From an uncultured Gemmatimonadaceae bacterium (GTDB taxonomy: Bacteria > Gemmatimonadota > Gemmatimonadetes > Gemmatimonadales > Gemmatimonadaceae): a stretch of 64,000 nucleotides of DNA. Positions 45,910 through 56,930 of the stretch are shown here, one piece after another (position 1 is the stretch's first letter; every line of letters starts with the position of its first letter). Location: the NCBI GenBank assembly GCA_963740355.1, contig CAVUDW010000002.1, positions 2,048,001 through 2,112,000 of the forward strand. The letters are read 5' to 3'. The translations under genes and the position numbers were made by a program. The notes under the pieces were generated by a model. That model was not told the DNA's origin. It made no database searches and saw nothing but the letters and a program-made list of their open reading frames with translations.

Positions 45910-48204
45910 CTAGGCGAGCACCTTTCCAAGCACTTCCGCCAGTGCGGCCACGCTGATCGGCTTCTGCAGCACGGCGAGCACGTTGCGACCGCGCGGGCCG
46001 TCGGGTTGCACCTCTTCGCTGAAGCCCGTCATCAGCACGACCGGCAGGTCTGGATGCAGCACCTCGAGATCGCGTGCCATGCGATCGCCAGTGATGCCCG
46101 GCATCGCCACGTCGCTCAGCACCACATCGGGGCGCACTCGACCGGCCGCGATCAGTCGCAATGCCTCGGTGGCTGTGGCGCAGCTGGTGACGTTGTATCC
46201 GGCCTGTTCCAGCGCACGGGTGAGCGCCGTGGCGAGTTGCGGCTCGTCCTCGACCAGCAGGACCGTCCCCGTACCCGGTCCGCTGATCGCTGCGTGTGGC
46301 GCCGTGATCACGGTCGAGGCGCAGACCGGAAGGGTGATCACGAAGGTGGTTCCCGAACCCGGCGCCGTATCGACGTTGATGGTTCCGCCATGCGCCAGCA
46401 CGGTGCCATGCACCACGGCCAGCCCCATGCCCGTTCCGCCGCCGACCTGTCGGGTGGTGAAGAACGGCTCGAAGATGCGGTCCGCGATCGCGGGCGTCAT
46501 CCCGTGACCGTTGTCTCGAATCGTCAGTCGCGCCGTGGGAACACCCGCGTGCACTTCGTGGCGCAGGTCGATCTGGATCGCCGGCGCTTCGGTGTCACGC
46601 AACGCATGTTCTGCATTCACGCAGAGATTGACGATCACCTGCTGCAGGGCGGAGGCGTTGCCGAGTACGGTGATGGCCTTGTCGGGCGCGCGGACGTCGA
46701 GCGCGACATGCGCCGATACCGTCGCTCGAAGCAGCCGACCACTTTCCCGCGCCAGCGCGGCGAGGTCGACAGGAACATGCTCACCTTCCGTATGTCGACT
46801 GAACGTCAAAATCTGGCGGACGAGATCACGCGCGCGCAGGCTTGCAGTGCGAATCTCGTTGAGGTCAGTGCGCACCATCCCCGGCAGCGACTTGTCGGCC
46901 AGGCCGAGTTCCGCGTACCCGAGCACGATGCCAAGCATGTTGTTGAAATCGTGCGCGATACCGCCGGCGAGTGTGCCCAGTGATTCGAGGCGTTCGCGCT
47001 GCTTCGTGCGCTGTGCCATGGCCCGAGGCTCGGTTGCATCCTCCACACTGCCGACGTAGCCGGTGACACGGTCGCCCGATCGCAGGCACGACACCCAGGT
47101 GCGGATATGCCGAATTTCGTCATCTGCGAGCAGCAGGCGGAACTCGAGATAGAGGTCGCGCTGCTCATGCACGCCGCCGAACCACTCGGCCATCACGCGT
47201 GCCTTGTCTTCGGGATGAATGACCGTGGACGTGCCGAGTCCGAGCATCGCCTCGGTCGGCATCTGATAGATCGACCGCATGCGTTCGTTTACATAGACCA
47301 CATCGCCGTTGGCGTCGGCGAGGAAGATGCCGAGCGGCGATCCGGACGCGAGCGTGCGAAATCGGGTCTCGCTGGTGCGCAGTGCGTCTTCGGCGGCAAG
47401 TCGTTCGGTGACGTCGTGTGCTGTCACCGTCACGCCGAAGATGTGCCCCGACGAATCACGCATCGGCGTCAGGACATGATCATGGCGATGGGTGTGGCCG
47501 TCGGATGCATCCTCGGTGCTGACCGTGACTCGTTCTCCAGCGAACGCGCGCGAGTACAGCGCATCCCACCATTGCCGCGCCGCTTCGGGAAACTCCGGTG
47601 CCAGCACCGACTCGCCGATGTCGAGTCGGCGACCGCTGACGCGCCGCTGCGCGCGTTGGAATGCCTTGTTGCCGGCGATCAACGTGCGATGTTGATTCAC
47701 GGCCCACATCGGCGAACCGGTCGCGTCCAGCATCTCGCTCAAGCGCGCCCGTTCACTCACCAGTTGTCCCACCAGGCGCCGATAGAAATCTTCCGGCAGC
47801 GGCGTGGTGAAAGCGGTCGGTGCCTCGACCGGCGCCATGCGGCCGGCGATCGAGGTGAGTGAGAGATCCACCACGTAGCCCATCCAGTGATCCGGCTGGT
47901 CCGGCAGGATCGCACAGACCAGCAGGACGGGCACACGTGTGCCATCCTTTCGAATGAACTCCTTCTGGTACGGCTGCGTGAAGCCACCGGATTCGATGGC
48001 CTGGCGAATGCCCGCCTCGTCCAAATGCACCTGTTCCGGTGGCGTCATGTCGCGCCAATTGATGCGACCCGCTTCGAGATCCTCTCGCGTGTAGCGGAGG
48101 ATCGTCAGGTACGCATCATCGGCCATCGTGACGATGTCGCCAACCCCCCACATCACGCCGATCGATGTCGGTGCGGGGTATGGCGACGCGGCAGGGTGTG
48201 GCAT
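45910..48204 (-). CDS. Cytoplasmic multi-PAS hybrid sensor histidine kinase/response regulator (start approximate)
   Basis: Three PAS-like domains, H-box 'GGIAHDFNNML', 'DNGHGM', 'FEPFFTT', 'GTGMGL', receiver 'VLSDVAMP'. Confidence 0.92.
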   Translation of the reverse strand: MPHPAASPYPAPTSIGVMWGVGDIVTMADDAYLTILRYTREDLEAGRINWRDMTPPEQVHLDEAGIRQAIESGGFTQPYQKEFIRKDGTRVPVLLVCAILPDQPDHWMGYVVDLSLTSIAGRMAPVEAPTAFTTPLPEDFYRRLVGQLVSERARLSEMLDATGSPMWAVNQHRTLIAGNKAFQRAQRRVSGRRLDIGESVLAPEFPEAARQWWDALYSRAFAGERVTVSTEDASDGHTHRHDHVLTPMRDSSGHIFGVTVTAHDVTERLAAEDALRTSETRFRTLASGSPLGIFLADANGDVVYVNERMRSIYQMPTEAMLGLGTSTVIHPEDKARVMAEWFGGVHEQRDLYLEFRLLLADDEIRHIRTWVSCLRSGDRVTGYVGSVEDATEPRAMAQRTKQRERLESLGTLAGGIAHDFNNMLGIVLGYAELGLADKSLPGMVRTDLNEIRTASLRARDLVRQILTFSRHTEGEHVPVDLAALARESGRLLRATVSAHVALDVRAPDKAITVLGNASALQQVIVNLCVNAEHALRDTEAPAIQIDLRHEVHAGVPTARLTIRDNGHGMTPAIADRIFEPFFTTRQVGGGTGMGLAVVHGTVLAHGGTINVDTAPGSGTTFVITLPVCASTVITAPHAAISGPGTGTVLLVEDEPQLATALTRALEQAGYNVTSCATATEALRLIAAGRVRPDVVLSDVAMPGITGDRMARDLEVLHPDLPVVLMTGFSEEVQPDGPRGRNVLAVLQKPISVAALAEVLGKVLA

Positions 48205-48407
48205 CGTGGAGGAGTCCAGAGATCGTGACGCAGTCCGGGGGACCGGCACACGAGTGTCGGCGCGAACGCCGCGCTCCTCAACGTTTGCTACGGCAACGCC
48301 TGCAACCTTCTATGCACCAGCTCGAGGCCCCGGCTTCACATGCGTCGAGTCGACGCTGATCGAACTCGAGTATTCCTCCTCTCGCCTCGAGCTGGCGAAG
48401 TCCAGCG

Positions 48408-48899
48408 TCAGGGCTTTCTGGCGGCCGCGGCGCTGGGAGCGTTCACGGTTGCCGTGATCACCTGATACATGCCTTTCGCGACGTGCGACCGACCGTCCGC
48501 CGCAGGAATCAGGCACGACAGGATATAGCGACCCGGCGGCATGCGGAACGCAATGAAGGCTTCGCCACCGCTGGGAATTGCCGATGTCTGCGCCACGTTG
48601 CGACTCCAGGCCGGCGCGCGGCCCGTCGCGCGCGTGGCATCGAAGAAGTCCTTCACTGACTTTCCGTCGGGAAGCTCCTGCACCGTGACGTGGTGGATGT
48701 CCACGCCCTGGTTGATCAGGTGAATCGTGGCGATCCCTGACTGAACGTTGGCGGGAGCGTCATAGACGTAGTCGCGAGCGACGACGCGAATGAACTGGGG
48801 CCGGTCGACGGTGCTGGCACCGGCTTGCGCGGCGAGCGGAAGGGCGAGCAGGGTCGTCGCCAGAAGTCCTGCAAATGCCGCGCGTGCTGTGGAGATCAT
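48408..48899 (-). CDS. Secreted cupredoxin-like protein
   Basis: GGAGG RBS, signal peptide, 'DIHHV' and 'PGRYILSCLIP...SHVAKGM' (His/Cys/His/Met type-1 Cu pattern). Confidence 0.7.
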   Translation of the reverse strand: MISTARAAFAGLLATTLLALPLAAQAGASTVDRPQFIRVVARDYVYDAPANVQSGIATIHLINQGVDIHHVTVQELPDGKSVKDFFDATRATGRAPAWSRNVAQTSAIPSGGEAFIAFRMPPGRYILSCLIPAADGRSHVAKGMYQVITATVNAPSAAAARKP

Positions 48900-49104
48900 G
48901 TAATGCCTCCCATCGGGTGACGCTGAGCTTCAGGTGTTGGAAGAGAGACTGCGCCGCGGTACACGCCTCGTCAATGCGCTACTGCCCGGCGCGGCGAATT
49001 AGAGTCGTATTGCGGCAGGCTCGTCCGGGTTTTGACTGGCCCCGGAGGCAGCGCACCGACACTTTCCGGTTGAGTACGTTGGATCTGCCTCATCCGGAGC
49101 CCGC

Positions 49105-50823
49105 ATGGCCGCCGTTCGTCCTTCCGTTCATTCCGTGGCCATTGGTGCCGCCGCCCGCTCAGTGTGGACGCCCGTTCGCTGGCTGGGCTGTGGTCTGCTC
49201 GTCATCGGCTGCAGTCGCGGCCCTGGGGCCACGGCGCCATCGCCGCGGCCGCTGACCAGCGCGTCGGTGGAGCAACGATCGATGGGCACGGGTGACGCGC
49301 CCGTGCTGGTCGCGTCGTTTGACGGCCTTGGCAATGGATTTACCGGACCGCAGGGCCGCGCGGCGCTGCGCAATCCGTCCGACAACACCCTCGCCGTCGG
49401 CCGCGACCACATTGTGCAGATCGTGAACACGCGTCTGGCGATCTTCAGTCGGCAGGGCGCGCAGTTCGACAGCACCGGGCGCACTCTGTACGGGCCGGTG
49501 CCAACCAACACCGTGTTTCGTGGGGCCGGTGGCGCGTGCGAATCGCGCAACAGCGGGGATGCCGTGGTGCGATACGATCAACTCGCTGATCGCTGGCTGA
49601 TCGTGATGCCGGTGTTCCAGCGGAGCGCATGGCATGCTGACGATCCGCCACCGTTGCGTGCCGGTGCACCTGCCGTGGCGAGTCGCCCCTTCCGCGCCGC
49701 GCAGCCAGGGCCGGCCGTTACGCTCTATGTCCCACCACCGGTCCGCGACTCGGTCGCGCTCCGTCCGCCCGCGACGCGTGACTCGGGGATGTACGCGATG
49801 TGTTATGCGGTCAGCGCCTCCGAGGATCCACTCGGTGGATGGTATCGCTACGAATTCATCCGGCCGCTCTTTCCCGACTATCCGCGTCCTGCGGTCTGGC
49901 CTGACGGGTATTACATCCCGACCAGCACGGGTGACGACGTGATCGAGAAACACGCCTGCGTCGCCGATCGCACGCGGATGCTGCGTGGTGAGGCCGCGAC
50001 CGAGCAATGTGTGGTGATCGCGGACGTGAACTTCCTCAACAACGTCGATCTCGATGGCACCACGCTACCGCCCCCGGGAGCGCCCAACATCATGCTCGCC
50101 GCAGGTGGCACACAGCTGCGCGAGAAGCTGGCCGACAGCGTGTTGCTGGCGTGGTCGTTTCACGTCGATTGGGAGAACATTGCACTGACCCGCGTCGATG
50201 GCCCGACGTACATCCCGGTGGCACCGTACGCCTACATGTGTGGTGGACAACTCACCAACTGCGTCTCGCAACCTGGTACCGACCGCAAGCTCGACTCGCA
50301 GGGCGACAAGCTGATGCCGCGGGTGGTGTATCGCCGGATCGGTAACCGTGAGTCGATCGTGGCCGTTCACGCGATCAACGGTGCGATGTCCGGTGGCGGC
50401 ATTCGATGGTACGAGCTGCAGCCCGCTCGTGATCGTGCGCTCCGTGTGATCCAGCAAGGCACCTACCTGCCAGACAGCAGCTATCGCTGGCTCGGCAGCC
50501 CGGCCATGGATCGCTTCGGCAACATCGGCATCGGCTATTCGTTCGGCGGTGCGCCTGCCTACCCGGGGCAGCGTTTCGCGGGCCGACGACCGAAGGATCC
50601 GCCAGGGACACTTGGGCTGCGCGAGCAGGTGCTGGTCGAAGGCGCGGCCGCGCAGAGCACCACCCTCCGCTGGGAGGATTACACGCAGACCGCCGTCGAC
50701 CCGCGGGACGATTGCACCATCTGGTATGTGGGTGACTATCTGCAGGCCGGGGCCACGGCATATTCCACGAAGATCGGGGCGTTTCGCATGCCGGGCTGCA
50801 CTGGCCGGCAGGTACGTCGCTAG
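49105..50823 (+). CDS. Hypothetical secreted/lipoprotein, beta-rich
   Basis: 572-aa ORF with host-like codon use; conserved-looking 'PSDNTLAVG', 'YDQLADRW', 'FPDYPR', 'RWEDY' motifs. Function not recognised. Confidence 0.7.
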   Translation: MAAVRPSVHSVAIGAAARSVWTPVRWLGCGLLVIGCSRGPGATAPSPRPLTSASVEQRSMGTGDAPVLVASFDGLGNGFTGPQGRAALRNPSDNTLAVGRDHIVQIVNTRLAIFSRQGAQFDSTGRTLYGPVPTNTVFRGAGGACESRNSGDAVVRYDQLADRWLIVMPVFQRSAWHADDPPPLRAGAPAVASRPFRAAQPGPAVTLYVPPPVRDSVALRPPATRDSGMYAMCYAVSASEDPLGGWYRYEFIRPLFPDYPRPAVWPDGYYIPTSTGDDVIEKHACVADRTRMLRGEAATEQCVVIADVNFLNNVDLDGTTLPPPGAPNIMLAAGGTQLREKLADSVLLAWSFHVDWENIALTRVDGPTYIPVAPYAYMCGGQLTNCVSQPGTDRKLDSQGDKLMPRVVYRRIGNRESIVAVHAINGAMSGGGIRWYELQPARDRALRVIQQGTYLPDSSYRWLGSPAMDRFGNIGIGYSFGGAPAYPGQRFAGRRPKDPPGTLGLREQVLVEGAAAQSTTLRWEDYTQTAVDPRDDCTIWYVGDYLQAGATAYSTKIGAFRMPGCTGRQVRR

Positions 50824-50917
50824 CGGTACTCGTTCCATGCCCGCTGCGAGCAGCAGAGGCAGCGGGTCACATCCTCTGTTCCACACGTTTCACCGCTCAC
50901 ACCTCCTCAGTCTTTCG

Positions 50918-52234
50918 ATGCGAATTCGCCGCGTTGTACCAGCCGTTCTGGTGACACTCGTCGCCACATTGGCCGCGTTGCCGTTGACGGCACTGCCGTT
51001 GATGGCGCAGACGACCTACCCGACTTCATGGGATGCTGCGCTGCTGCGCCGTCCTGATGTGCGCGCGGCCCTGGCGTATGTCGAGCAGGGCATGCCGAAG
51101 CATGTGGACGAGTGGGTGACGATCGCCGAGATGCCGGGGAAGTCGCGCAGTGAGGCACAGCGCGGCGCGTACGTGAAAGGGGTGATGGAGGCGGAAGGAC
51201 TGCGCGTCAGCGTCGACTCCATCGGCAACGTGACCGGCGTACGGGCAGGAACGGGTGGTGGGCCGACGGTCGTCTTCGCTGCCCATCTCGACATCGTGCA
51301 CGCATTGGAAACGAACCTCAAGGTGCGGCGCGCAGGTGATTCGCTGCACGGGCCCGGCATCTTCGACAACAGCGCCAGCGTCGCCAACATGCTGGCCACG
51401 ATTCGTGCGTTGAATGCGGCAAAGATCCGCACGAAGGGCAACCTGGTCTTCGTCGCGACGGTGCAGGAAGAGCTCGGCCTTCGCGGCATGAATTACTGGT
51501 TCGAGCACAACCCCAAGCCAGACCTGCTGATCTCGATGGACGGTGGATTGGGCCCGATCAACTACGGCGCGCTCGGCATCTACTGGACGAAATACGTGTT
51601 CACCAGTCCAGGGTCGCACACCGTCACCTCGCGCGGCAAGCCGACTCCAGTGAAGGCGCTGGCCGATGCGATCCAGCGCATCTACGAGCTGCGCTATCCC
51701 GCGTTGCCCGAGGGCGCGGTGATCAACGTGGGGCAGGTCCACGGCGGCGTGATCTACAACGGCGTGCCGCAGGAGCTTTTCTTCACCGTCGACTTGCGGT
51801 CACCTGATCCGATTCTCCTCGATTCGCTGGATCGCACCATCGGTCGCATCGTGCAGGACGCCGCGACGAAGGAGAAGGTCGGCCTGCGGGTCGAGGTGGA
51901 GCAGAAGAATCAGGCTGGCGGCACCACCGCACAGCTGGAACCAGCGCGACGTCATCCGCTGGTGCAGACGGCGATCGACATCCAGACGCAGCTTGGGATC
52001 GTCGGCCTTCCCGGTGCGCCTGAAGCAATCGCCACAGGCAGCACCGATGGCAACGTCGGCGTCGTGCGCGGTGTGCCGAGCATTGCGATCGGCCGGTCAT
52101 ACGGCGGCAACCAGCATACGCTCACCGAGTGGGCCGATGCTCCGAGCGCCTTGCCAGCCACCAAACTCGTCCTGCTGCTGGCGGTCACGTTCGGCGATGG
52201 GATCAAGACCGTCACCCAGCATCCAATTCCATGA
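50918..52234 (+). CDS. M20/M25/M40 family metallohydrolase
   Basis: 'AHLDIV', 'GPGIFDN', 'QEELG', 'STDGN', 'HTLTEW'. Confidence 0.9.
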   Translation: MRIRRVVPAVLVTLVATLAALPLTALPLMAQTTYPTSWDAALLRRPDVRAALAYVEQGMPKHVDEWVTIAEMPGKSRSEAQRGAYVKGVMEAEGLRVSVDSIGNVTGVRAGTGGGPTVVFAAHLDIVHALETNLKVRRAGDSLHGPGIFDNSASVANMLATIRALNAAKIRTKGNLVFVATVQEELGLRGMNYWFEHNPKPDLLISMDGGLGPINYGALGIYWTKYVFTSPGSHTVTSRGKPTPVKALADAIQRIYELRYPALPEGAVINVGQVHGGVIYNGVPQELFFTVDLRSPDPILLDSLDRTIGRIVQDAATKEKVGLRVEVEQKNQAGGTTAQLEPARRHPLVQTAIDIQTQLGIVGLPGAPEAIATGSTDGNVGVVRGVPSIAIGRSYGGNQHTLTEWADAPSALPATKLVLLLAVTFGDGIKTVTQHPIP

Positions 52235-52309
52235 CCAATGTCATCACGCGCGGATCATCATCGATGACCCGCGCGTGATTGCGTTCGAGCAGCGGGTTTG
52301 GTGCCGCTG

Positions 52310-53800
52310 TCAGAAGCTGACGATGGTACGCAGCGTCGTCACAGTGCCGCGGTGCATGCCTAGATCGGCCGTGCGCCGCGAGACGTGTTGCAGGTCCGCC
52401 ACCAACGAGAAGTGTGTGCTGAGCGGGAGCTGATAGAAGCTTTCGTGAATCAGCTCATGGCCGTCCAGCCAACGTGCCCGCGTTACGCCAAGGCCAAGTA
52501 CGTCGCCGGTACGATGGGGCAGGAGGCCTGCGAACGTGAGCCCGCCGCCGTCGTGCGATTGGATCGATTGCACATGCGGGTCGGAGCGACCGAGCTGCGC
52601 AAATCCCGCAATCGTCGGTCGCACCTCATCCGCCCCTGCGGCACCCTGCCACAGTGTCTGGTCGAGCGTCGCGTACCAGCCGTGGGTGCCCGCGACGGCT
52701 GGCTCCGCGTCCGCTGCGGCATCGGCGGCGAGGAAGATGCCGTTATGACGCCAGGCACCCACACCCAGCTTGCCGGCCAACTGTGCGCCGCCAAGTGACC
52801 ACTCCTGCCGGAGTTGGCCAATGTGAAAGAGCGACGCGTGCCCCACCTGGGCAGGCGCGCCATCGAGGCCGTCAAAGACACCGAAACTGACCGACGTCGA
52901 GCCGCGTGGGCTGACGACCAGGTTCGCGCCATTGCTCGGCAGCGGGAACGTTGGTGCGGCGGTGATGCTGGGTGAAAACCCCATCGACGCATTGAGGAAG
53001 CTCGCGCCGTTGTCGGTGCCGGCAAACTCGGTGTTGAAGTCGAGACGCCCGGCCTTGATGCGCACACGATCGGAGAACAGCCGCTGCTCGAGCCAGGCTT
53101 CCCCGAAGGCGCTGAAGTCGTCTGCATCGATGTTCGAGAAGTTCTGCGAGAACGACGCGGCTCCGGACCCGTTGCGACCGGTCTTGCTCTTGTATTGCGC
53201 GAAGCCCGACAAGCCGCGTACGCCAGCGATCGAATCGAAGTCCATCGCGATGGATGCCATGCTGTGGGTACGCAAGGCCCGTGCGGCCGACATCGCACCG
53301 GTGCCACCAGAGGCATCGGAGATCTCTGAGAACGACAAGCTCACGCCGGGATGCGAAATGATCGCGCGCCAATCGGCCATCGGTGCGCCGACCGCGACGC
53401 CGCCAATCGCACCAGCGATCGGGTTCGCCGTCAGCGGGTGGAGGCGGGCATGATTGGTTCGTAGAGCGACTGGCGCGGCGTCGACGTGTGAGATCGGCGG
53501 CAGTTCAGGAGTCGCAGTAATCGTGACTTCGCTGGCCATGTCGAGCGATGTCGTCGCGCTCGACCCGGTGCTGATCGACAACGGGCCATTCTGTGCCACG
53601 GTCGTGGCGGCAACTGCGCTCTTTTGCGCGCGCACCTCCTGCGGCAACACTTTCGACGACGGCGTTGGCGTCACGGCGTCTGCGACAAGGTTGGTATCTT
53701 CGAGATCACGCGTCGATGCCAGCGCAACGCGTGTGGCCGTGAATGTCAGGACACCGACACCGCTCACGAGGAGCAGCTTCAGTCGGTGCACGACGGACAT
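52310..53800 (-). CDS. OprB family carbohydrate porin with a long N-terminal extension (start uncertain)
   Basis: 'FSNIDA', 'EAWLEQ', 'KAGRLDFNTEF', 'FLNAS', 'DVLGLG', 'ESFYQL...DLQHV', terminal Phe. Confidence 0.82.
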   Translation of the reverse strand: MSVVHRLKLLLVSGVGVLTFTATRVALASTRDLEDTNLVADAVTPTPSSKVLPQEVRAQKSAVAATTVAQNGPLSISTGSSATTSLDMASEVTITATPELPPISHVDAAPVALRTNHARLHPLTANPIAGAIGGVAVGAPMADWRAIISHPGVSLSFSEISDASGGTGAMSAARALRTHSMASIAMDFDSIAGVRGLSGFAQYKSKTGRNGSGAASFSQNFSNIDADDFSAFGEAWLEQRLFSDRVRIKAGRLDFNTEFAGTDNGASFLNASMGFSPSITAAPTFPLPSNGANLVVSPRGSTSVSFGVFDGLDGAPAQVGHASLFHIGQLRQEWSLGGAQLAGKLGVGAWRHNGIFLAADAAADAEPAVAGTHGWYATLDQTLWQGAAGADEVRPTIAGFAQLGRSDPHVQSIQSHDGGGLTFAGLLPHRTGDVLGLGVTRARWLDGHELIHESFYQLPLSTHFSLVADLQHVSRRTADLGMHRGTVTTLRTIVSF

Positions 53801-54077
53801 GGCTGGGCGGCGCGTCGAATGCTGAGCTGAGCGATGGTCCATCGAAACGGGGAGCAGGGGTGGTGAGAGCGTGTCAGGCGACACACGACACCTCTACTCG
53901 AGCCCGGTGCCTGACAAGCAGTCTCGGCCATTCACTCCCACTTCATGAACCCCGGATATATCTGTCTCGCACACATCTGTTTTTTATCGCCACGCCGTCG
54001 ACAAGTGAACGTTTGGCGCCGCCATGCAAACGCTCGGGCGAAGCGTCGAGTGGGGGCCGTAAGCGATCGTCGTGGCG

Positions 54078-56798
54078 CTACTTCCCGATCCAGCGCGTGA
54101 ACTTCACCAGGAACACGTGCCGGCCAGGATCCGCGAAGGTGCGTGCTGCCTGACCCGCGATGCCGTCACGCACCTCGGCAAAATCCTGCTCGCGCTGCTG
54201 CGACCAGACGAGGAAGAGCGCGGAGCCCGGACGGTATTCCCAGCGCAGCACGGCATTGCCGCGCAGCGCACGCACGGTGAAATCCTGGTTCGGAATGTCG
54301 AAGGCTGCGGCCGGCCCGCTGCCATCGGGATCGACGTTGATCGCACCGCCGCCGAGCGGCGTGACCGTGCCTCGATCCACACCGTATTCTGCGAATTCGA
54401 AGCGGCGCGGCGTCGTGAACTCCTTGAAGCGAGAAAACTGTCCCGACGCGGCAAACGGCTGGAGGAAGAGTTGCAGCGACAGCCATGGCGAGAACGTCCA
54501 GTCGAGTCGTGTGTCGAGTCGCACGGAGCGCTGCTGCACATTGGCAAACACGTAGCGCGCACTCGCGAACGTTGCCAGCGCCAGCGGATCCAACACCGCC
54601 TGGATGTACTGCCCGGTCGTTCGCTGCGTTTCGTAGGATGGTCCAACACGAATTCGCGCTTGCGGGGCAGGGCGCCAATCGAGCGAGACGCTGGCGCCCG
54701 TCATCGACATGCCGGAGGCGTCGGTGCTGCGCACCAATTCCGTCTCCATGATCACCGACTTCCGACCGTCGCTGCTGAGACTGAAACGATTGACCAGGGC
54801 ACTCGGGCGCATTGCCATCGGTCCGCCACGCAGCAGTCGATCATTCTGCGTCTTTGGAGAGAACGACCCGAAGAATTCGACGCTCCAGAAATTCAGGAAC
54901 TGGGTCCCGACGGTCCATGCCATGCGCTCCTCGACGCGCTCACCGCCGAAGTTGTCGCTGATCGTGCTGAACACCCCGAGCTCGTATTCGCGGGCGAGCC
55001 TCGACTGCAGCGGATTCCGATAGGTGAGTGATGTCGAGACGGTGCGGAAGTCGGAGCGAAACTGGAACCCGACGTCATTGACCTCGAAGCCCGGACTCGT
55101 CTGCTCGTACGTGACCGAACCAAGCACCCGTTCCCCGCCACTCTTCGCGATGGTCAGCGCGCCGTAGTGGCCACCGAGCGAGGTGCGCGTGGGGTCGTAG
55201 GTGAGATGCGTCGCATCTGGACGCTGCAGGCTGCGATAGTTGGCGCGCTGCAGGCGCGTGATCGCGGCCTGATCACCCCGCACCGTGCTTCCGGCCAGCA
55301 CACCACTCACCGTCCACGTGCGTCGCTGCCAGGCCGATTCCCAATCCATGCCGAGGATGGTGGCGGACGAAGGCAAGCGAACGGCCAATGAGGTGTCCGC
55401 GATGTCGCGGCGTACATCAGAGATGAATCCGCCGATGCCCGCGTTGCCACCGCGGAGCAGCTTCCGGACGCGCGTCACGTGGTAGTTGGTCAGCGGTTCG
55501 GCTGACTCCTTTCGAATTCGACCAAGTGTGTCCAGCACATCGGCGTTCTCGCGCGCCGTGATCGCGTTCAGTGACCCGACCTGCCATCCGGAGGGTGTGG
55601 TGCCCGAAAGCTTCAGGGCGCCAAGAATGGGTGTCTGCGCGCCCACCCCAACGGCATCGATGTCGCCGCCGCCTGGGACTCGCTGCGGCGGCCGGCCGAT
55701 ACGGCGGGTGTAGAAGAATTTCGGCGCGTCGTTGTCGTTGAACGTCCGTGTGGCGCCGAACGCGAACCCGTCCGCATTCTCGAGGAAGAATGGTCGGCGC
55801 TCGGGAAAGAACAGCTCGAATGCGGACAGGTTGACGACCGCCGGGTCAGCCTCGACCTGCCCGAAGTCCGGATTGACCGACGCCGTGAGCGTGAGTGACT
55901 GCGGCAGCTTGAGGCGGATGTCGCCCCCGACGGCGACCGCCACGTCACGCGCAGGAACGAAGCGGTTTCGCGCGACCGTCGGTTGTGTCTCGAGTTGCGT
56001 GCGGATGTACGGGACCAACTCGATGCGCGACGCCGGTAGCAGCGAATCGAGCCCGACGAGATCGCCGAATCGCGACACGATACCTGGCGCATCCGGCGGT
56101 GTCGGCGACCAGTATGATTCCTCGCCGTGGCGCGCCAGTTCACGCGAAAAATTGATGCCCCAACGCCGCGTCGCGCCGCCAGCGTCGCTGGCGTTGTACC
56201 GGAGCTGCGACAGGGGGATGCGGAACTCGGCGGTCCAGCCACTGCTATCGGTCTTGGCGGCCACGTTCCACACGGCATCCCAGAGCGGGTCTTCCTGGTC
56301 GTCGTTGTAGAGGTAGCTATCGCGAAGGACGCCGCGTGGATTGACGCCGAACACGAATGCCGTGCGGCGATCGCCATAGCTGTCGAATCCGATGTTGAAC
56401 CAGTCCGAAAAGATGTCACTCGCGTCGCGCCGCCCGAGCTGCTGGGCGATCGAGTCGGGCGCGGTGTCGAAGTTTCGCACGCCGACATAGATCGCATCGC
56501 GGTCGTACGCGACGCGCACTTCCGAGCGCTGCGATCCTGCTGCGCCACCGCGTGGTGCCCGTTGTACGAACCCGCTTACGGGTGTCGCAGTGCGCCAGAT
56601 CGCTTCGTCCAACCGTCCATCGATGACTGGCGCGGACGCCACCCAGACGGCGGTCACCGTCTGACGTCCCGCTGCCGGCGCAGTGCGCGGTTCCGGAGCC
56701 GATGGTTGAGCGAACGCAGGCGAGAAAGGAACTCCAAGGACTGCAGCGAGCGCAGGAGCAGCGCACCGCGAAATTGCCGAACGAATACAGAAGGTCAT
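54078..56798 (-). CDS. DUF5916 protein with an N-terminal CBM9-like domain
   Basis: 'PVIDGRLDEAIW', 'WTAEFRIPLSQLRY', 'NPDFGQVEADP', 'FFPERRPFFLE', 'LRWEYRPGS'. Confidence 0.88.
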   Translation of the reverse strand: MTFCIRSAISRCAAPALAAVLGVPFSPAFAQPSAPEPRTAPAAGRQTVTAVWVASAPVIDGRLDEAIWRTATPVSGFVQRAPRGGAAGSQRSEVRVAYDRDAIYVGVRNFDTAPDSIAQQLGRRDASDIFSDWFNIGFDSYGDRRTAFVFGVNPRGVLRDSYLYNDDQEDPLWDAVWNVAAKTDSSGWTAEFRIPLSQLRYNASDAGGATRRWGINFSRELARHGEESYWSPTPPDAPGIVSRFGDLVGLDSLLPASRIELVPYIRTQLETQPTVARNRFVPARDVAVAVGGDIRLKLPQSLTLTASVNPDFGQVEADPAVVNLSAFELFFPERRPFFLENADGFAFGATRTFNDNDAPKFFYTRRIGRPPQRVPGGGDIDAVGVGAQTPILGALKLSGTTPSGWQVGSLNAITARENADVLDTLGRIRKESAEPLTNYHVTRVRKLLRGGNAGIGGFISDVRRDIADTSLAVRLPSSATILGMDWESAWQRRTWTVSGVLAGSTVRGDQAAITRLQRANYRSLQRPDATHLTYDPTRTSLGGHYGALTIAKSGGERVLGSVTYEQTSPGFEVNDVGFQFRSDFRTVSTSLTYRNPLQSRLAREYELGVFSTISDNFGGERVEERMAWTVGTQFLNFWSVEFFGSFSPKTQNDRLLRGGPMAMRPSALVNRFSLSSDGRKSVIMETELVRSTDASGMSMTGASVSLDWRPAPQARIRVGPSYETQRTTGQYIQAVLDPLALATFASARYVFANVQQRSVRLDTRLDWTFSPWLSLQLFLQPFAASGQFSRFKEFTTPRRFEFAEYGVDRGTVTPLGGGAINVDPDGSGPAAAFDIPNQDFTVRALRGNAVLRWEYRPGSALFLVWSQQREQDFAEVRDGIAGQAARTFADPGRHVFLVKFTRWIGK

Positions 56799-56930
56799 GA
56801 TGGGAAAGTTATCGACCGCTGGAACTGGATCTCGTCCGCGCTTTACTTCCCGTCGACAGCAAACGTTGGCCGCGTGTCGTTGAATTCGATCGGCGTCCGG
56901 CACTTTTCACCTCGCACCGAAAGCCACCAC

